64,000 nucleotides of DNA, taken from Octopus bimaculoides (taxonomy: Eukaryota). Shown here one piece after another: positions 26,265-38,512 of this stretch. Every line of letters starts with the position of its first letter. The first letter of the stretch is position 1. The notes under the pieces were generated by a model. The model made no database searches. It was not told the origin of the DNA and saw only the letters and a list, made by a program, of their open reading frames with translations. Both the position numbers and the translations under genes were made by a program. Where the stretch lies: positions 23,520,589 to 23,584,588 of the forward strand of contig NC_069000.1 of assembly GCF_001194135.2 (NCBI RefSeq). The letters are read 5' to 3'.

Positions 26265-27070
26265 AGGTGCAAACATGCACTGTCCCAACTAGGTCTATTT
26301 GCAACAACCTCCACCTCATGTGCTATATCATAGAGAGGGTGAGTAATGAAGCTGGCATGGGTAGAGCTTTAATCAATTTAGATCAATCTAAAGCCTTCGA
26401 TAGGGTCGATCATCAATACTTGGCAACCGGTTTCAGTCCAGTCTTCCATGGGTGGATCACTGCTTTGTACAGTGGTATCTGCTCAGTTATACGGGTGAAC
26501 AATCACCTGTCAGAGCCATTCAGCATTTTGTGCTCGGGAAAGATAGATGCCCTCTCTCCTCCCTTCTCTATGTACTGACTCTCAAGCCACTGCTGCAGAA
26601 GCTGGAGGCACTGAGGGGTGTCCCACGTGATCTAAGGTGTGGGAAGAGTGTGTCTGCCTATGCTAATGATGTCACCATGATAGTGTCGAGCATGTTGACC
26701 TGATTGGTGACACACTAAACAAATGCAAAGCAATGGCAGGAGCCAAAATTAATGCAGAAAAGTCAGTGGGCTTGCAACTCGGCACCTGGATAGGCAAGTC
26801 CATGCCATCCAACAGCTTCATGGGACAAGCAATTTTCATTTGTCTGTTGGCTGTAGTGAAAGAAGCAGTATGGTGGACCCATTTGAAAGGGCTAAAGTCA
26901 GACACTCTCCTCTTTGGCCAAGGCCTCATCAGCATTTTCAAGTTCCACGTGAAAAGGGAAGCGAGGGTAGAGAGGGAAGTGTTGTCTCTTAGCAAATTTG
27001 TTGAAAGGTGGGTGGGTGATGGAAAAATGGCCAGTATGGATGGATGAATTCTGAGAATACACCTGTAAAA
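26265..27070 (+). mobile_element. L1/Tx1-like LINE, internally deleted RT-to-C-terminus fragment
   Basis: QTCTVPTRSICNNLHL; LINLDQSKAFDRVDHQYL; CPLSSLLYVL..SAYANDVT; GAKINAEKSVGL, joined directly to AVVKEAVWW..EREVLSLSKFVERW*, then an A-run. Confidence 0.85.
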
Positions 27071-27103
27071 AAAAAAGTATAAAAGGAGAAGGGCTCTTGT
27101 GGG

Positions 27104-27455
27104 TGTAGTGAACTCTAGTGAACTTCCTTTCTCTATTATATATACATACGAATGTAGCAAGTAACAGTTAACCTTTGGGTGCTGTTTTGAACCCTGTTGT
27201 GTCTACCATTGATTGGTTGGTATTGGCGCAATTTGTCTCTTACTCTATCACGCGCCAATATATAACCCAACCACTCGTAGCCTCCAAATAAATCACGTGA
27301 GATTGTCTGTTCTAAACTCCATTTGAACCTACCATTGGCTATAAAAAGTCACCGCCTTCTAGACTTGGGGTCTGTTGGTTTCAGACCTTCTAAGGTCTAA
27401 CCACTGACCACATTACAGTGACCTTCATCTTCATCACCACTATCATGTCTCTCTG
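27104..27455 (+). repeat. Promoter-like direct repeat unit, copy 1 (ATTGG, TATAAAAA, hairpin, ATG)
   Basis: TGTAG start; ATTGG 27334; TATAAAAA 27340-47; AGACCTTctAAGGTCT; ..CATTACA 27417; ATG 27445. Homologous to 28795-29113. Confidence 0.8.
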
Positions 27456-28794
27456 TGACACGACACAGCACACACCACAATTCCTTCTAAAATGGTGAAC
27501 CCCGGACAAATTCTGACCAGGGAATACGTATTCCTCTTTCTCCTTGGCGACCTCGTCTTTGCAACTAGATCACCACTCATCGCATAGGAACATGCCACTG
27601 ATGCCATATTGTCTTCTTCACCAGAAAATTTTGGCGCTATTTTCAAGCAGGAAACTGCAAATCATTTTCCTCAGGTTGTAACCAAATTTATAACTTGGTC
27701 CTTGGAAGACACAGCATCCTAGCAGAATATTCTTCTCGCTTGCAAAAGAAAAAAAGGAAAGAAATTATCTGGAATTTTCTCCAGAATTCACATGGACAAC
27801 AAATTTTTCCTATGTGCCAGGTATGAGGTTCTTTCTCTCAACCACCCGGATTATTCATGTGTTGGCCATGTTTTGTTCTTTATCCTCTGCTACTAAAAAA
27901 AAAAATTTTTCCTAGTTTGCTGTTCGTCGTGTCTTCTTTTGACTAGGGTGTTTGACTGCTATTTCTAAAGGCGTTTCTTTCAACCAGTTTGTTCTTTGTG
28001 GCATTCCATTCCTATTATCATCAAAATGAGTCCCTTTTCCTTTGCCTCAATGTGCTTTTTCGTCTTTCTCATGAGCTTGTATTTCTTCTGCTCCAGACGA
28101 CACTGCAATTGTTGCTGTCATTTCTCTCCCTCAGCCATGTGAATGACACTTTTAGACACATTGGCCACTTCGGACTTAATTAAACTCTGCTTTAAAGACT
28201 GGAACTTCTCCTTGCCTGTGCATTGTATTGCATTTCAGTTGTCTGTCTATTTTTCTTTTCACTTTTCTTTGCATATCACTTCCTTTCTTCAGGACCTTAC
28301 CTATGTATGTACATATTTTTGAATATTGTGTATATTATATGTTAACTTGTTTCAATGTTCATACACACAAGACTCTGCAAGTGACTTATTGCTCTTGCAG
28401 ACTAACAACACTTTTTTCCACTACAAGCGATTCACTGCCCTTACAGGAAAAGTCTTGGTACTGCTCATGTCTCAGTAGCCAACATTGCATCTCAAACATT
28501 TTGACTTTTGCATCCTGTGATTTCCAGTTTCCTGGACAGCTCTTATCACGTTTGCATGTCAGACATTCTGTGTCTCAGACTATTTACATTTCTTAACTTT
28601 GCCTCGCCAGTGACTGTTCCAGAGAATAGACTTATGTTGCTATAGACACCGCATTCACATTTTCTCTTTTTCTGTATCATTGTATATATGCCTTGTTCTA
28701 TTTGATTGGACACCTTTCTTTGCTGCTACAGAAATCTTCCTTTTATCATCTATTTTGTCTCCCACAAAATGACTTGTCGGGTGGAGGGGCTGTC

Positions 28795-29113
28795 TGTAGC
28801 AAAGTCTAGTGAACATCCTCTCTCTATTATATATACATACATATGAACGTAGCAGGTAACAGCTTACCTTTGGGTGCTGTTTTGGACCCCATTGTGTCTA
28901 CCACTCTGATTGGTTGGTATTGATGCAATTTGTCTCTTACTCTATCAAATAAATATGTGAGACAGTCTGTTCTAAACTCCATTTGAGCCTATCGTTGGCT
29001 ATAAAAAGTCACCTCCTTCTAGTCTTGGAGTATGTTGGTTTCAGACCTTCTAAGGTCTAACCACTGATCACATTACAGTGACCTCCATCTTCATTACCAC
29101 CATCATGTCTCTC
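28795..29113 (+). repeat. Promoter-like direct repeat unit, copy 2
   Basis: TGTAG 28795; TATAAAAA 29000-07; the same hairpin; ATG 29105. It lacks about 30 bp present in copy 1. Confidence 0.8.
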
Positions 29114-29991
29114 ACCAACGTTGTCAACATCTACATAGCACTGACAACACTGCACAGGGTTAACAGCAAACATACAACCCACACAGATGCGTGTAAATGT
29201 ATGAATAAATATCCACCAACCACTTCCATTTATCATTCAGCTTGTGTATATATAAGTGTGGCCAGCATTAAAGACATTCAAAGTTACCACCTTGTTCCAT
29301 GTATTTCTTTATACCATGTTCCTGTCAAATGATATAACAGCCTTCTGAGGGGAGTCACATTAGATGGAATACAACCTATCCAACTATATGGGGCTTTCCA
29401 CAAGTAACCTTTAAAGCACCACTCCCTATTAGGAGTTTTTTTCTACTTGTTACATTGTTTTATTATTAAATATTTAAATGAACGTTGTTTTTTTGCAAAC
29501 CCCTTTGTATATGGTCTTGTATTATCCATTAATGTTTTGATTTATATTAGCCCGTGTGGCCAATAAAAAAATGAATTATTATTTTCATAGCTAATCTATA
29601 TACTCATGTATTACTGTGTGTATGTCCATCGCCCCTTTACTTTACTTTATCATTTGATCTCTTAACTTGCCTGACGTGATTCTCATCACCTCCTTGCTAT
29701 TTCAATTGACCTGGTTCTTGCTACAAATTTTGACAACTCTCCCCGTTTTACTTTCTCCTATATCGTCCAGTTTCCATACTACGTCCATTCTATTTCTCAT
29801 ACGCTCTTTTGTGAATATAGTAAGATTTCTATATTCACTCTCCCTCTCCTGCAAACAAGTATCCAAAAAGTTCGATTTTTCCTTCCTCACAGCAAATCAA
29901 TTCATTGCAATTTATTTTTCTTTTATGAACTTTTCTGCATTAACACTGCCGACGCAGACCACCACCGGCTTCCTCGGATTCAAGATCTTAC

Positions 29992-30060
29992 CTTGCTGCC
30001 GCTGCTGCTTCTACTTCCACTTTATTCTCCCTCGCCCTCTAAGATGTATAACACTATTTG
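29992..30060 (-). other. Putative non-coding first exon of an unidentified minus-strand transcript
   Basis: Minus strand reads ...gtggaagtagaagcagcagcggcagCAAG|GTAAGAT, a near-perfect donor, inside GC/CpG-rich sequence. No ATG in the segment. The start position is approximate. Confidence 0.45.
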
Positions 30061-30077
30061 ACTAAAGTGAAATCAGT

Positions 30078-30300
30078 TAAACGAAGGAGCCCCTCCCTTT
30101 GCGATCGTTCGACTTACTAGAAATACAAGAAAAAATTTCCCCAAATCACATCCTGCAATCTTTAAAGGAAATCTGATAATGCAGTTCTAGATTCTAGATA
30201 AACTGTGTGCGTCTGAATAAAAAAAAAAAGGTCAGATTATCACGGCTGGAAATCCTCGTTGAGGGCCCACCTAGCTAAGCAACGTTAAGAGAACGGATAT
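30078..30300 (+). repeat. Interspersed repeat family E, CpG-intact copy
   Basis: aacgaaggag..CGATCGTTCGACttactagaaata..caaatcacatcc..ggtcagattatcacggctggaa. Homologues lie near 16020-16110, 17640-17820, 18420-18620, 19500-19730, 34060-34200, 42815-42965, 43905-44035, 48015-48200 and 59375-59470. Confidence 0.75.
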
Positions 30301-31140
30301 CAAACTAGTATTAAAAAACGTTAAAAAGAAAATATCCAGATTTCAAAAAGAAAAAAAAAAAGAGCGCACAGCCCCCATAAAACGGTGTTGGAAAGATATC
30401 TATAACGAAAACAGTTAATAAATTAATAAACTAGTTCGTAGCTAGGATCCTTGCTGCAGGAAAACTATGTCGGGAGGCAGTTTGCGTGCGAAGTGGGTGC
30501 GCGCCTCCATCTGTATGTACACGAAAGAATAATTTTTTTGTAGAAACTTCCATGTGTATGTGCGCATTTGTAAGTAGTAGGACTGTTCACATTAGTCGAA
30601 CTTTGATGCAAAATCTAAATTGCGATGGTGTGAAATCAGAAAATACATGTTACAGAGTGTGTAAACGAAATGTTTCTTCGTGCGTAATACTTGCGTTTAA
30701 AATGTATGTAAGCGCGCGTGTGGAAAAGAAAGTGAGGTTGAAGGCGAGAAAGAGAGAGAGAGAGTGTGTGTGTGTGTGTTTGTGAGAAAGAAAGAAACAG
30801 AGGGGGGAGAGAGGCCGTATGTGTTTGTATCGAATGTTATTCTTTTTTTTTAACCAATCATTTAACTTGCGCGTGAGAACCTGGAAATGTTTCTGATGAT
30901 ATCACAATAATAATAAATGATTTTTAACAAGACTGAATTTACATAATATAGTTATACACTTGGTTAATCATGGAAAGGTTAAAAGGCAGTGTTGAAATTG
31001 GTTGTGAAGTGAACTCGGAACCTCTGGGAGAGCACCGAAAAGTACATTGTAAAGTAAAGAAAGTGTCTATTAACAATTCCCACTGAGAATTAGTACGGGA
31101 CTGTTTCTTCAGAAGGAACGTATTTGGGTAATCACACACT

Positions 31141-31186
31141 GACTACGCATGCGTACGCCATTACAGCTTGCCTGCGTCAGGTGAGA
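31141..31186 (+). promoter_or_regulatory. NRF1-like palindrome, YY1-like motif and probable end of non-coding first exon (CAG|GTGAGA)
   Basis: gacTACGCATGCGTACGCCATTacagcttgcctgcgtCAG|GTGAGA: a 12-bp perfect palindrome, then GCCAT, then a consensus donor at 31181. Assignment to the ZNF gene is inferred from strand and position. Confidence 0.55.
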
Positions 31187-31421
31187 CAAAATTCTCACAT
31201 ACATACATACACATATATATATATATACATTATATATATATATGTATTTATATATATACATATACATTTGTTTTGACTTGCCTTTTTCTCCTCAACGTTG
31301 TAAATACTATTTATTTTAATAATGGCTTTCATGACTTATTTAGGTTAGTTAACAATTTACTATCTCTGTTTCTATCTATATCTTGTACATTTACATCTGT
31401 GTGTGTATATATATATATATA

Positions 31422-31457
<36 letters not shown>

Positions 31458-32772
31458 AAGATATTGTATGTCCTGTTTCACCATTGTATTTTACGCGTGG
31501 CCTCAGCTTTCTGTCGAAGCGGTGTGCCTGGCCGTGATATTTCTGCTTTAAGATTCCCTTTTCCCACTCCAAGAATATGTTAGCTTCCTAGTTCTCACTC
31601 TTCCGTCTTTTTCCATCATTATTATTCTACGCTTTCTTTTCAGTTTGTTTATTTATTCCCTGAAAATGTTTTCTTTTTTATTATAATGTTTTTTTGTAAA
31701 AGACTTAGTTTTTACCCAGAAGGGGAAATATAATTAAAGCTACTTGAAATTCCCATTTATACTCATTTCAATATCTTTAATTTCTTTCTCGTAACTTTAG
31801 CTTTTTTCGTTTATTTCAGTGTATGTATTATTTATATTTTTCTGGGTTTTTTTTTTTTTTCGTTAACTCTATCTTTCTTTTGAAAATAATAGTCATCGTG
31901 CTTTTATCCTCATGAAATCTGCAAGTTACATCCATTTCTCTAATTTAAAACGTTGATATATAATATTGTTATAAAATAGTTTTTTCAAAAAATGATCAGT
32001 TTAAATATAGTTTAAGAGGCAAGAGAATTTATATTTGTATATTCATCAGAAATTCTAAAAACATCTTTGTTGAGGAAAAACCCGTATTAAATCCCTTGCG
32101 TACGTCTACATAATCTACTTTAGAGTGTTCTTTGTTTTAGTCTGTTTGTAACCTTAGACAAACCCCTCCATCTGGCATTTCGCTTGTTTTAATTTTTAAA
32201 AGGATTCTTAAGACGATTTATATTGAGTTATAATAATTATAATTTATTAATACTATAAATAACAGTGGTCGACGAATCTTTCGTTTTTGACTTCTATTAT
32301 CTCTGTATTCGGCAAGTGCTTCATTAACTTCCTTTTCTGACAATTGTACATAGAGATATATACACACACACACGTAGGGTGTGTTTGTAATGAACGTACA
32401 AAGAGGAAAGGAAAAAATCATACACATATACACTCGCACAGATGTGTGTTTATATTTAATCTTTTTTTATTTTTACCTCTATCTTTCCTGATTTATCGAA
32501 TTTTCTTTGACATTCTTCTGTGAGTTCTTGTATTAACTTAGTAAGTTATATCAACGAGCTTTTACATCCTGTAACCCCCTATTTATCTATCTCTCTATAT
32601 TTGTCGCCTGTGTTGAAACCAATTTTTAAATTAGATATTATAGCTATATCCTTAGGACAAAGTTAATTTTGTGTGAGGGTTATATTTAATTAGACCAATA
32701 ACATCCGAGGCGTAAAATATTGTAAGTCGAAATTATCAAAGCGTGAAGTGGCAGAAACGCTTAGGTGTCAGG

Positions 32773-32818
<46 letters not shown>

Positions 32819-34959
32819 ATATATATATATATATATTCCGTTCCGAGTTCAAATCACTTTCAGTGTCGAGAGAATAAGTCTCAAACATGTACTAATTTTA
32901 ATTCAGTTGGTTATAGCCATCCTGCAATTTCAGTTTTATTTTTGTTTCTACTTTAATTGTAAGAAATCACGAAGTCATTTGAAGTATATGAAATCTTTAT
33001 TTTTTTAATGTACTTCAGTCGTTAATCTCTAAGTAACTTGTGAAACAAAACCTATTTTTCGTAACTTCCCTCTACTTAAATAGACTGAATCCAATCTACT
33101 AGTTTTACGGCTTTTTTCTTTTCACCCCTCTCTTATTGTATTCTAGCATCGATAGCAAGATGAAATATGTAGGACACAAAATTACTGCCTTTTTATCTTT
33201 ATCTTTCTCTCCTTCCCCACTAATACTCTATCTAACAGTACATTTCAGCACCAACATTAATTTAAAATGAGCCAAGGACCTATTTCTTATACCTAATATA
33301 TAGTTATTTTAATTTTTGAGTGTGCGTGTGGTTCCGCTTAGTAAGACGGTTTTATTGCTTTTTTTTTTTTTCAGATGTTTATATTCGTTGAAGTAAACAA
33401 ATTCTTAATATACTTGATCATTATAATAGTAATCAGAGTTTATGAATATTAACAAAAAAAAAATGTATGCATGTCTGTTTAGCAACATTCAACTGACATC
33501 TTCACATCTGACATCGTTAATTATATATTATTGCCTTCGCTTTTTATACTTTTCTAGTTTGAATCAGTTTTGTATATGTAAGTTTACTCTCAGTCCATTA
33601 TATATGTCTATACTCATACACTTTCGGCACACTTTTCCCTCATCACTTTGTTGTGCTTAATCATCATGTTCTTCGGTATTATATTTTTACGCTCTCCCGT
33701 CAAGAGATATCTTTATTTGCACGCTCTTCAGTTGATATCATTGTCTCCACCCTCTGCATCCGGTCAAATTCTGATGTGGCTCTTTACCCTATATCTAATA
33801 TACACACACTTATTCACATTACATCTGAACTCGTTAATAATCAAATAATTTGTGACTGCATGATACGACGTGAGTTTTCACCGAATCTCTTTCGCGATCC
33901 AATTTCATTTCCTAATTGGAACCGCTTTTTGAGTTATTTCACTTCTGCTACTACAACTCTGAAATATTTTTTGTTAAAAAAAAATTCAAACTTTCTTTGC
34001 ATGTGAGAAACAATTGTTATTTTTAAATTTGTTATTGTATAGCTTCATGCCAACCCCTACCCAACAGATCTACGATCAAAGATATTCCAACCGTGACCAT
34101 CCTTTTGTTTTTGCTATAGATTACGGTTTGAAGGAGATTTGGTTGTTATTTCTAGGAAGTCGAGCGATCGTATACACTACCCTCGCTGGTCCGTTTGAAC
34201 TTGTTATTTGTATAACTAAATGATGATAGATGTCATTGTTCTTTTTGCCAAATACTTTTAGTGTTGGCAAAATAAGTACCAATAATAATGTTCTGAAAAT
34301 CTGGTTAATCAATTATAGTCCTCTTTCCTCGTAAAAAAAAATGAAAAACAAAAACTAATCTTCCCGATCAAACTACTGCCTCAGTTCTAAACATTTAAAA
34401 TTTCTTGACTGCCTATGTAAAATTTATATTTGATTGCTGATAATCTATTTTCTTCTTTCCATTAGCATCATCATGCCCACTTTTCCTTATATGCCTAGGT
34501 TGGCTGGGTCATCATGGACCCAAGTCGGTTCTTATGGTGGACTACGTCCAGCCCACAGATACTATTTTTGCTATGTTTTCTATGGTCGGATGCCCTTCTA
34601 ATTGCAACTACTTAACAAAACATACTTGGTGCATTTTATTGTGGAACCAGTACAAGAGGAGTTGTCATGTTCCCAGCAGGACTAAATAGTTCTCTCTGTT
34701 ATGTTGTCTCAGTTCATTCACCAGCACCTAAGGGTTGCCTTGTCTTTAACAGATAGAAAAGATAGTAATGAAATAATGAGAGCAAGATGGTGATAGAGAA
34801 GTGTAAAAGAAGAGAGTGAGTGTTGACAGCTACACAATGATAAAAACAGCATGTGATGGGATGAGTGAAGAAAATGATAGAAAACAAAGTACTAATTATG
34901 AGAGTGATAGATGTCATCTTCCCATCTCTCTTTGCACGCATTCTGAAAGCAATCAAATT

Positions 34960-35300
34960 TAAATCTTTACAAGTGTGGCCATGGCATAAGATGTTTGCTT
35001 CCCAACCATATGACTCTGGATCCTGTCCACTGCATGACACCTTCAGCAAGTGTCTTCTACTATAGCCTTGGGCTGACCAAAGCTGTGTGAGGGGATTTAG
35101 TAGACATAAACTGAAAGAAGCCTATTATGTGTGTGTATCTTTGTCCCCCACCACTACTTTGTGTGTTTTATGTTCCTGTAACTTAGCAGTTGGATGAAAA
35201 TAGACTGATAGAATAAGTACTGGGGTCAATTCATTGAACTAAAAATTTTCAAGGCAGTGCCCCAACATGACCTCTAATGACTGCTATAAAATATAAACTG
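34960..35300 (+). mobile_element. tRNA-derived SINE family D (ccttgggcaagtgtcttctactatagcc core)
   Basis: Head ggccatggcataagatgtttgcttcccaacc, core, internal (TG)n and taacttagc..gatagaataagtact tail. Other copies lie near 40430 (+), 46990-47160 (-), 47430-47800 (-), 51450-51620 (-), 59005-59300 (-), 60985-61330 (+) and 61490-61760 (-). Confidence 0.75.
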
Positions 35301-35369
35301 ATCTATGAAGATGTTAAAATAGTTCTTGAAAGTTTTATGCCCTCATACATCTATCATATATCCCCTAGC

Positions 35370-36030
35370 CACAAGTGATGGTGCCACATAAAAAGCACTT
35401 AATACACTCTGTGGAGTGGCTGGTGTTAGGAAGGGCATTCAGCCATAGAAACCATGCCAAAACATTATGGAACCTGATGTTGTCCATGACCTTAGAGCTT
35501 CTGTCAAGCCATCCAACCCATGCCAGCATTGGAAAATGAATGTTAAATGATGATAATGATATCTTCCTCATCTCTAAACATCTCCCCTCAGTACCACTTA
35601 TGTTACCCCCTCCCCTTCAATTATTGTCTGTTTCTCTCTCTGTCTCTCTCTCCAACTCTAACTCTCCTTCCTCTTCCCACTAGAATAGCCAAGTATTTCC
35701 TTTATAATAAGACACCTATCTCTCTATTATACTTTAACTTCTCTCCTGGCACAAAGCCACTTCCCTCAGTACTCTGTCTATCAGCCAAGAGGTCTTTGTC
35801 TTGCAAGTTACTTGGTGATGCCACTGGTGTTGGTGCCAGGTAAAAAGCACCAGTGCTAGTGCCATCAGTACACTCTGTAAAGTGGTTGGTATTGGGAAGG
35901 GCATCCAGTCATAGAAACCATGCCAAAGCAGATAATGGAGCCTGGTGTAGCTCTCTGTCTTGCCAGCTCCTGTCAAACTGTCCAACCCATGCCAGCATAG
36001 AAGACAGACATTAAATGATGATGGTGATGA
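35370..36030 (+). mobile_element. Two short elements carrying the RTE 3' tail (family B)
   Basis: ggtgttaggaagggcattcagccatagaaaccatgcc..ccaacccatgccagcat..tgatgat at 35370-35560 and 35780-36030. The same tail occurs in the RTE copies and at 4060-4215, 34480-34600 (-), 46792-46900 (-) and 58500-58580. Confidence 0.75.
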
Positions 36031-36379
36031 CTAATTAAGTACAGTATTTCTGAGTTGACATTTCAATATCTTTGTTATTATTTTTTGTATTTACTGTTCT
36101 ATCTGCATTGCTATTGCATTTTGTCACTCAGTCTTCTAAACTAAAAAATATTTTGGTGATAAGTCACTAACTTGAGACATCTAAATAATATAGAATATCT
36201 GTTTGGCAGGGGATGGGGGCTGATTCAATGCTAATGTTTGAATGATTCTTTGTTGACCTGACTATTGAAATTTGTATACTTTTGTGTTTGCAAAATCAAG
36301 ACTTTTGGTTATCAAAATTTGTTTTGGACCATTATGTAGTGGATACCTATTTTGTTAGTGTGGTTTAGTGTAAATCTTG

Positions 36380-37160
36380 AAAAACAAAGTGAAGGAATGG
36401 TGACAGTTTTTCACAAAAAAAGTTAAAATTGTAGAAGCCATTGATTCTGGGAAAAAGAAAGATATTGTGTTGCAGCTTAACATTTACCCTGTCAATATTG
36501 TCCATGATTATTAAGGATTGGTTTAAAATTAAAGAAAATTCGAAAGAAGCAAATTTTGGTCTGCAACAAAAATGCAGAAGTGTTGCAATGTTCAAAGATA
36601 TTGACGAATAAGTTTTTTTCTGGTTTATTAACCAAAAGGAAATAAATATTTCCAATTAGTAGGATTCTTTTTCAAATTTTTGGGTCAGTGTTGGTTTTGT
36701 GATTTATACAGGATAACATCTCAAGTTACTGCAGTAAAGGAGCTGATGTTCCAGTATATAAAAAAAAATGATTGAGTAAAAAGGAAGAAATTAAGAGAAC
36801 TCTTTGTAGAGAAAGAAAGAAGTCAAAACAACACTTAATTATTCATGTTTGCTGCTACACAATGCGAACTAAAAAACAACATTCTTTCTTTATTGGAAGA
36901 TTAAAAAGAAAATCCAATCCATGATACTTCAAGTATATTTCTCATTTAAGTATTGATGTCAATAACAAGGTTCAAATGACAAGAGTTGATGGTTAACTGA
37001 ACTGGACAGAAAAAAAAAAATGAAAATAAAATTGAGATTCTTGTTGATAGACAGTTGTACTACACATAGCAAACTGCTTTATTTAGATAATATTTGGGTG
37101 TAGTATCTTTGAACTTACTCTCCAATTTTATGGCCATTGGAATTAGGAATAATTCACATC
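36380..37160 (+). mobile_element. Degraded pogo/Tigger (CENP-B-like) transposase
   Basis: KKVKIVEAIDSGKKK..LSMIIKDWFKI..MFKDIDE*VFFWF (HTH-psq and CENP-B HTH); WLTELDRK..LLIDSCTTH and PILWPLELGII (DDE-like). Confidence 0.5.
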
Positions 37161-38512
37161 CTGATGAAAGCTCATTATTCAAAAATTTGCTGTTTAACAT
37201 GAACAGTTCTGTGGAAATTGCAACAGTTGATATTAAACAAGTAATTGACATGACAGCAGCAAAAAAGGAAATAGTCATAAAATATGAGGGAAAGCCCAGA
37301 TGGTTTTTTTGTTTTTTTTCCCCCCACATCTTTACAAACAATCTTTAGTAGTGATGAAGTAAGTTTTGAAGAACATTTATGGGATGAAGAAATTCTACAT
37401 TTGTAGAACTTGGTTTCAACTATAAAAGATTTTCCATTACCATTAGTAAGAGGGGTGGAGGCAGGTACACACATCAAGAAAATTAGTGTATGCTCAAATA
37501 AAACCCTTGCTATGCACACAACCAAATGACAACTCTAATTGTATGAATGGCAGATACAGTGGAATATCAATATCCATTGTTCTTGATCACCTACAGGGTG
37601 AGTTGCTTTGCCTTTGAGGTATGCAGTGTTTTTTTAATACAGCATCTCAAAGAGATTTTTTCCTTTGATGCTATCCTGCAGCTAATAAGTGCATAAACAA
37701 AACACATATAGTATGTGATATCAGTGACGTTTACATTATTAGGGCTGCTTATAATTCAAAACACAAATATATATTGTTAATGTTGATATCGTTACAATCA
37801 CTGTTTGCTTTATTTATTATTGAGCTGTCTTTATATTTTCAGCATTTCCACATCCTCAAGACTAAGTGACCTAAGATTCTGCAGCTAAAGTGAAACCTAT
37901 TTGACAAGTACAACATTTGGACTAACACATATTTATGGTCACTAGATTGTCTTACATCATGGATGCTACTATAAATCAAACTTTTCTCAACATTGAGTCA
38001 GTATTGTTATGATTACCATCCTTATTAAACTTTATCAAGATCTTTTGAAATGAGTTTCTTTCCAAGTCTCCGGAAGAAACTTTCTATTTTATTTATTAAC
38101 AACAAAAAAAGATCAGTTTTAAAACCTTCAGCCTCAAGTAATTCTGTTTCGAGTATCTACTGCAATTGTTGTGAAGAAAAGTTAAACACATCTGCTCAGA
38201 AAATTCTTCGTTTGTATCAAATTCCATTATTGAATTCTTAGTTTCATTTTGATATTCTTAGATTCTTGATAACCCAGTTTGGCTTATTGATTTTCTAACT
38301 TTTTTTTTTTGTCCCTAACTGTAATGTTTATTTATTAAGCCACATTAATTGCAATTTAAAACTTCTTTTATTATTTATTAATATTTTCAAAAATTATATA
38401 CATAAACCTATTCCATTTCGAAAGAATTGCAGACTTGCTCCCATCTTTTTTTATCAAATTAAGGAACTAAATTATTGTTTGTAATATAGTAAATAAAACT
38501 AAATACCAAATA

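Larger units (their letters stand above)
29900..31200. promoter_or_regulatory. Putative bidirectional (head-to-head) promoter in a CpG-retaining island
   Basis: CpG is visibly more frequent than in the flanks (gcgcgc, cgcgtg). Strong outward-facing splice donors occur at 29991 (-) and 31181 (+). Motifs: ACAATTCCCA 31073-82 (ZNF143/SBS-like core), TACGCATGCGTA 31144-55 and CGCCATT 31156-62. Confidence 0.6.

Noticed and set aside
27383-27398. AGACCTTCTAAGGTCT as a histone 3' stem-loop
   Set aside because: It does not match the histone consensus (6-bp stem, 4-nt loop, GGYYCTTTTNAGRRCC), and no histone CDS is present.
27104-29077. Intact LTR retrotransposon or TRIM bounded by TGTAG..TTACA
   Set aside because: No TSD, no PBS or PPT, and homology continues past the putative LTR end in both copies. 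It is kept only as an unresolved direct repeat.
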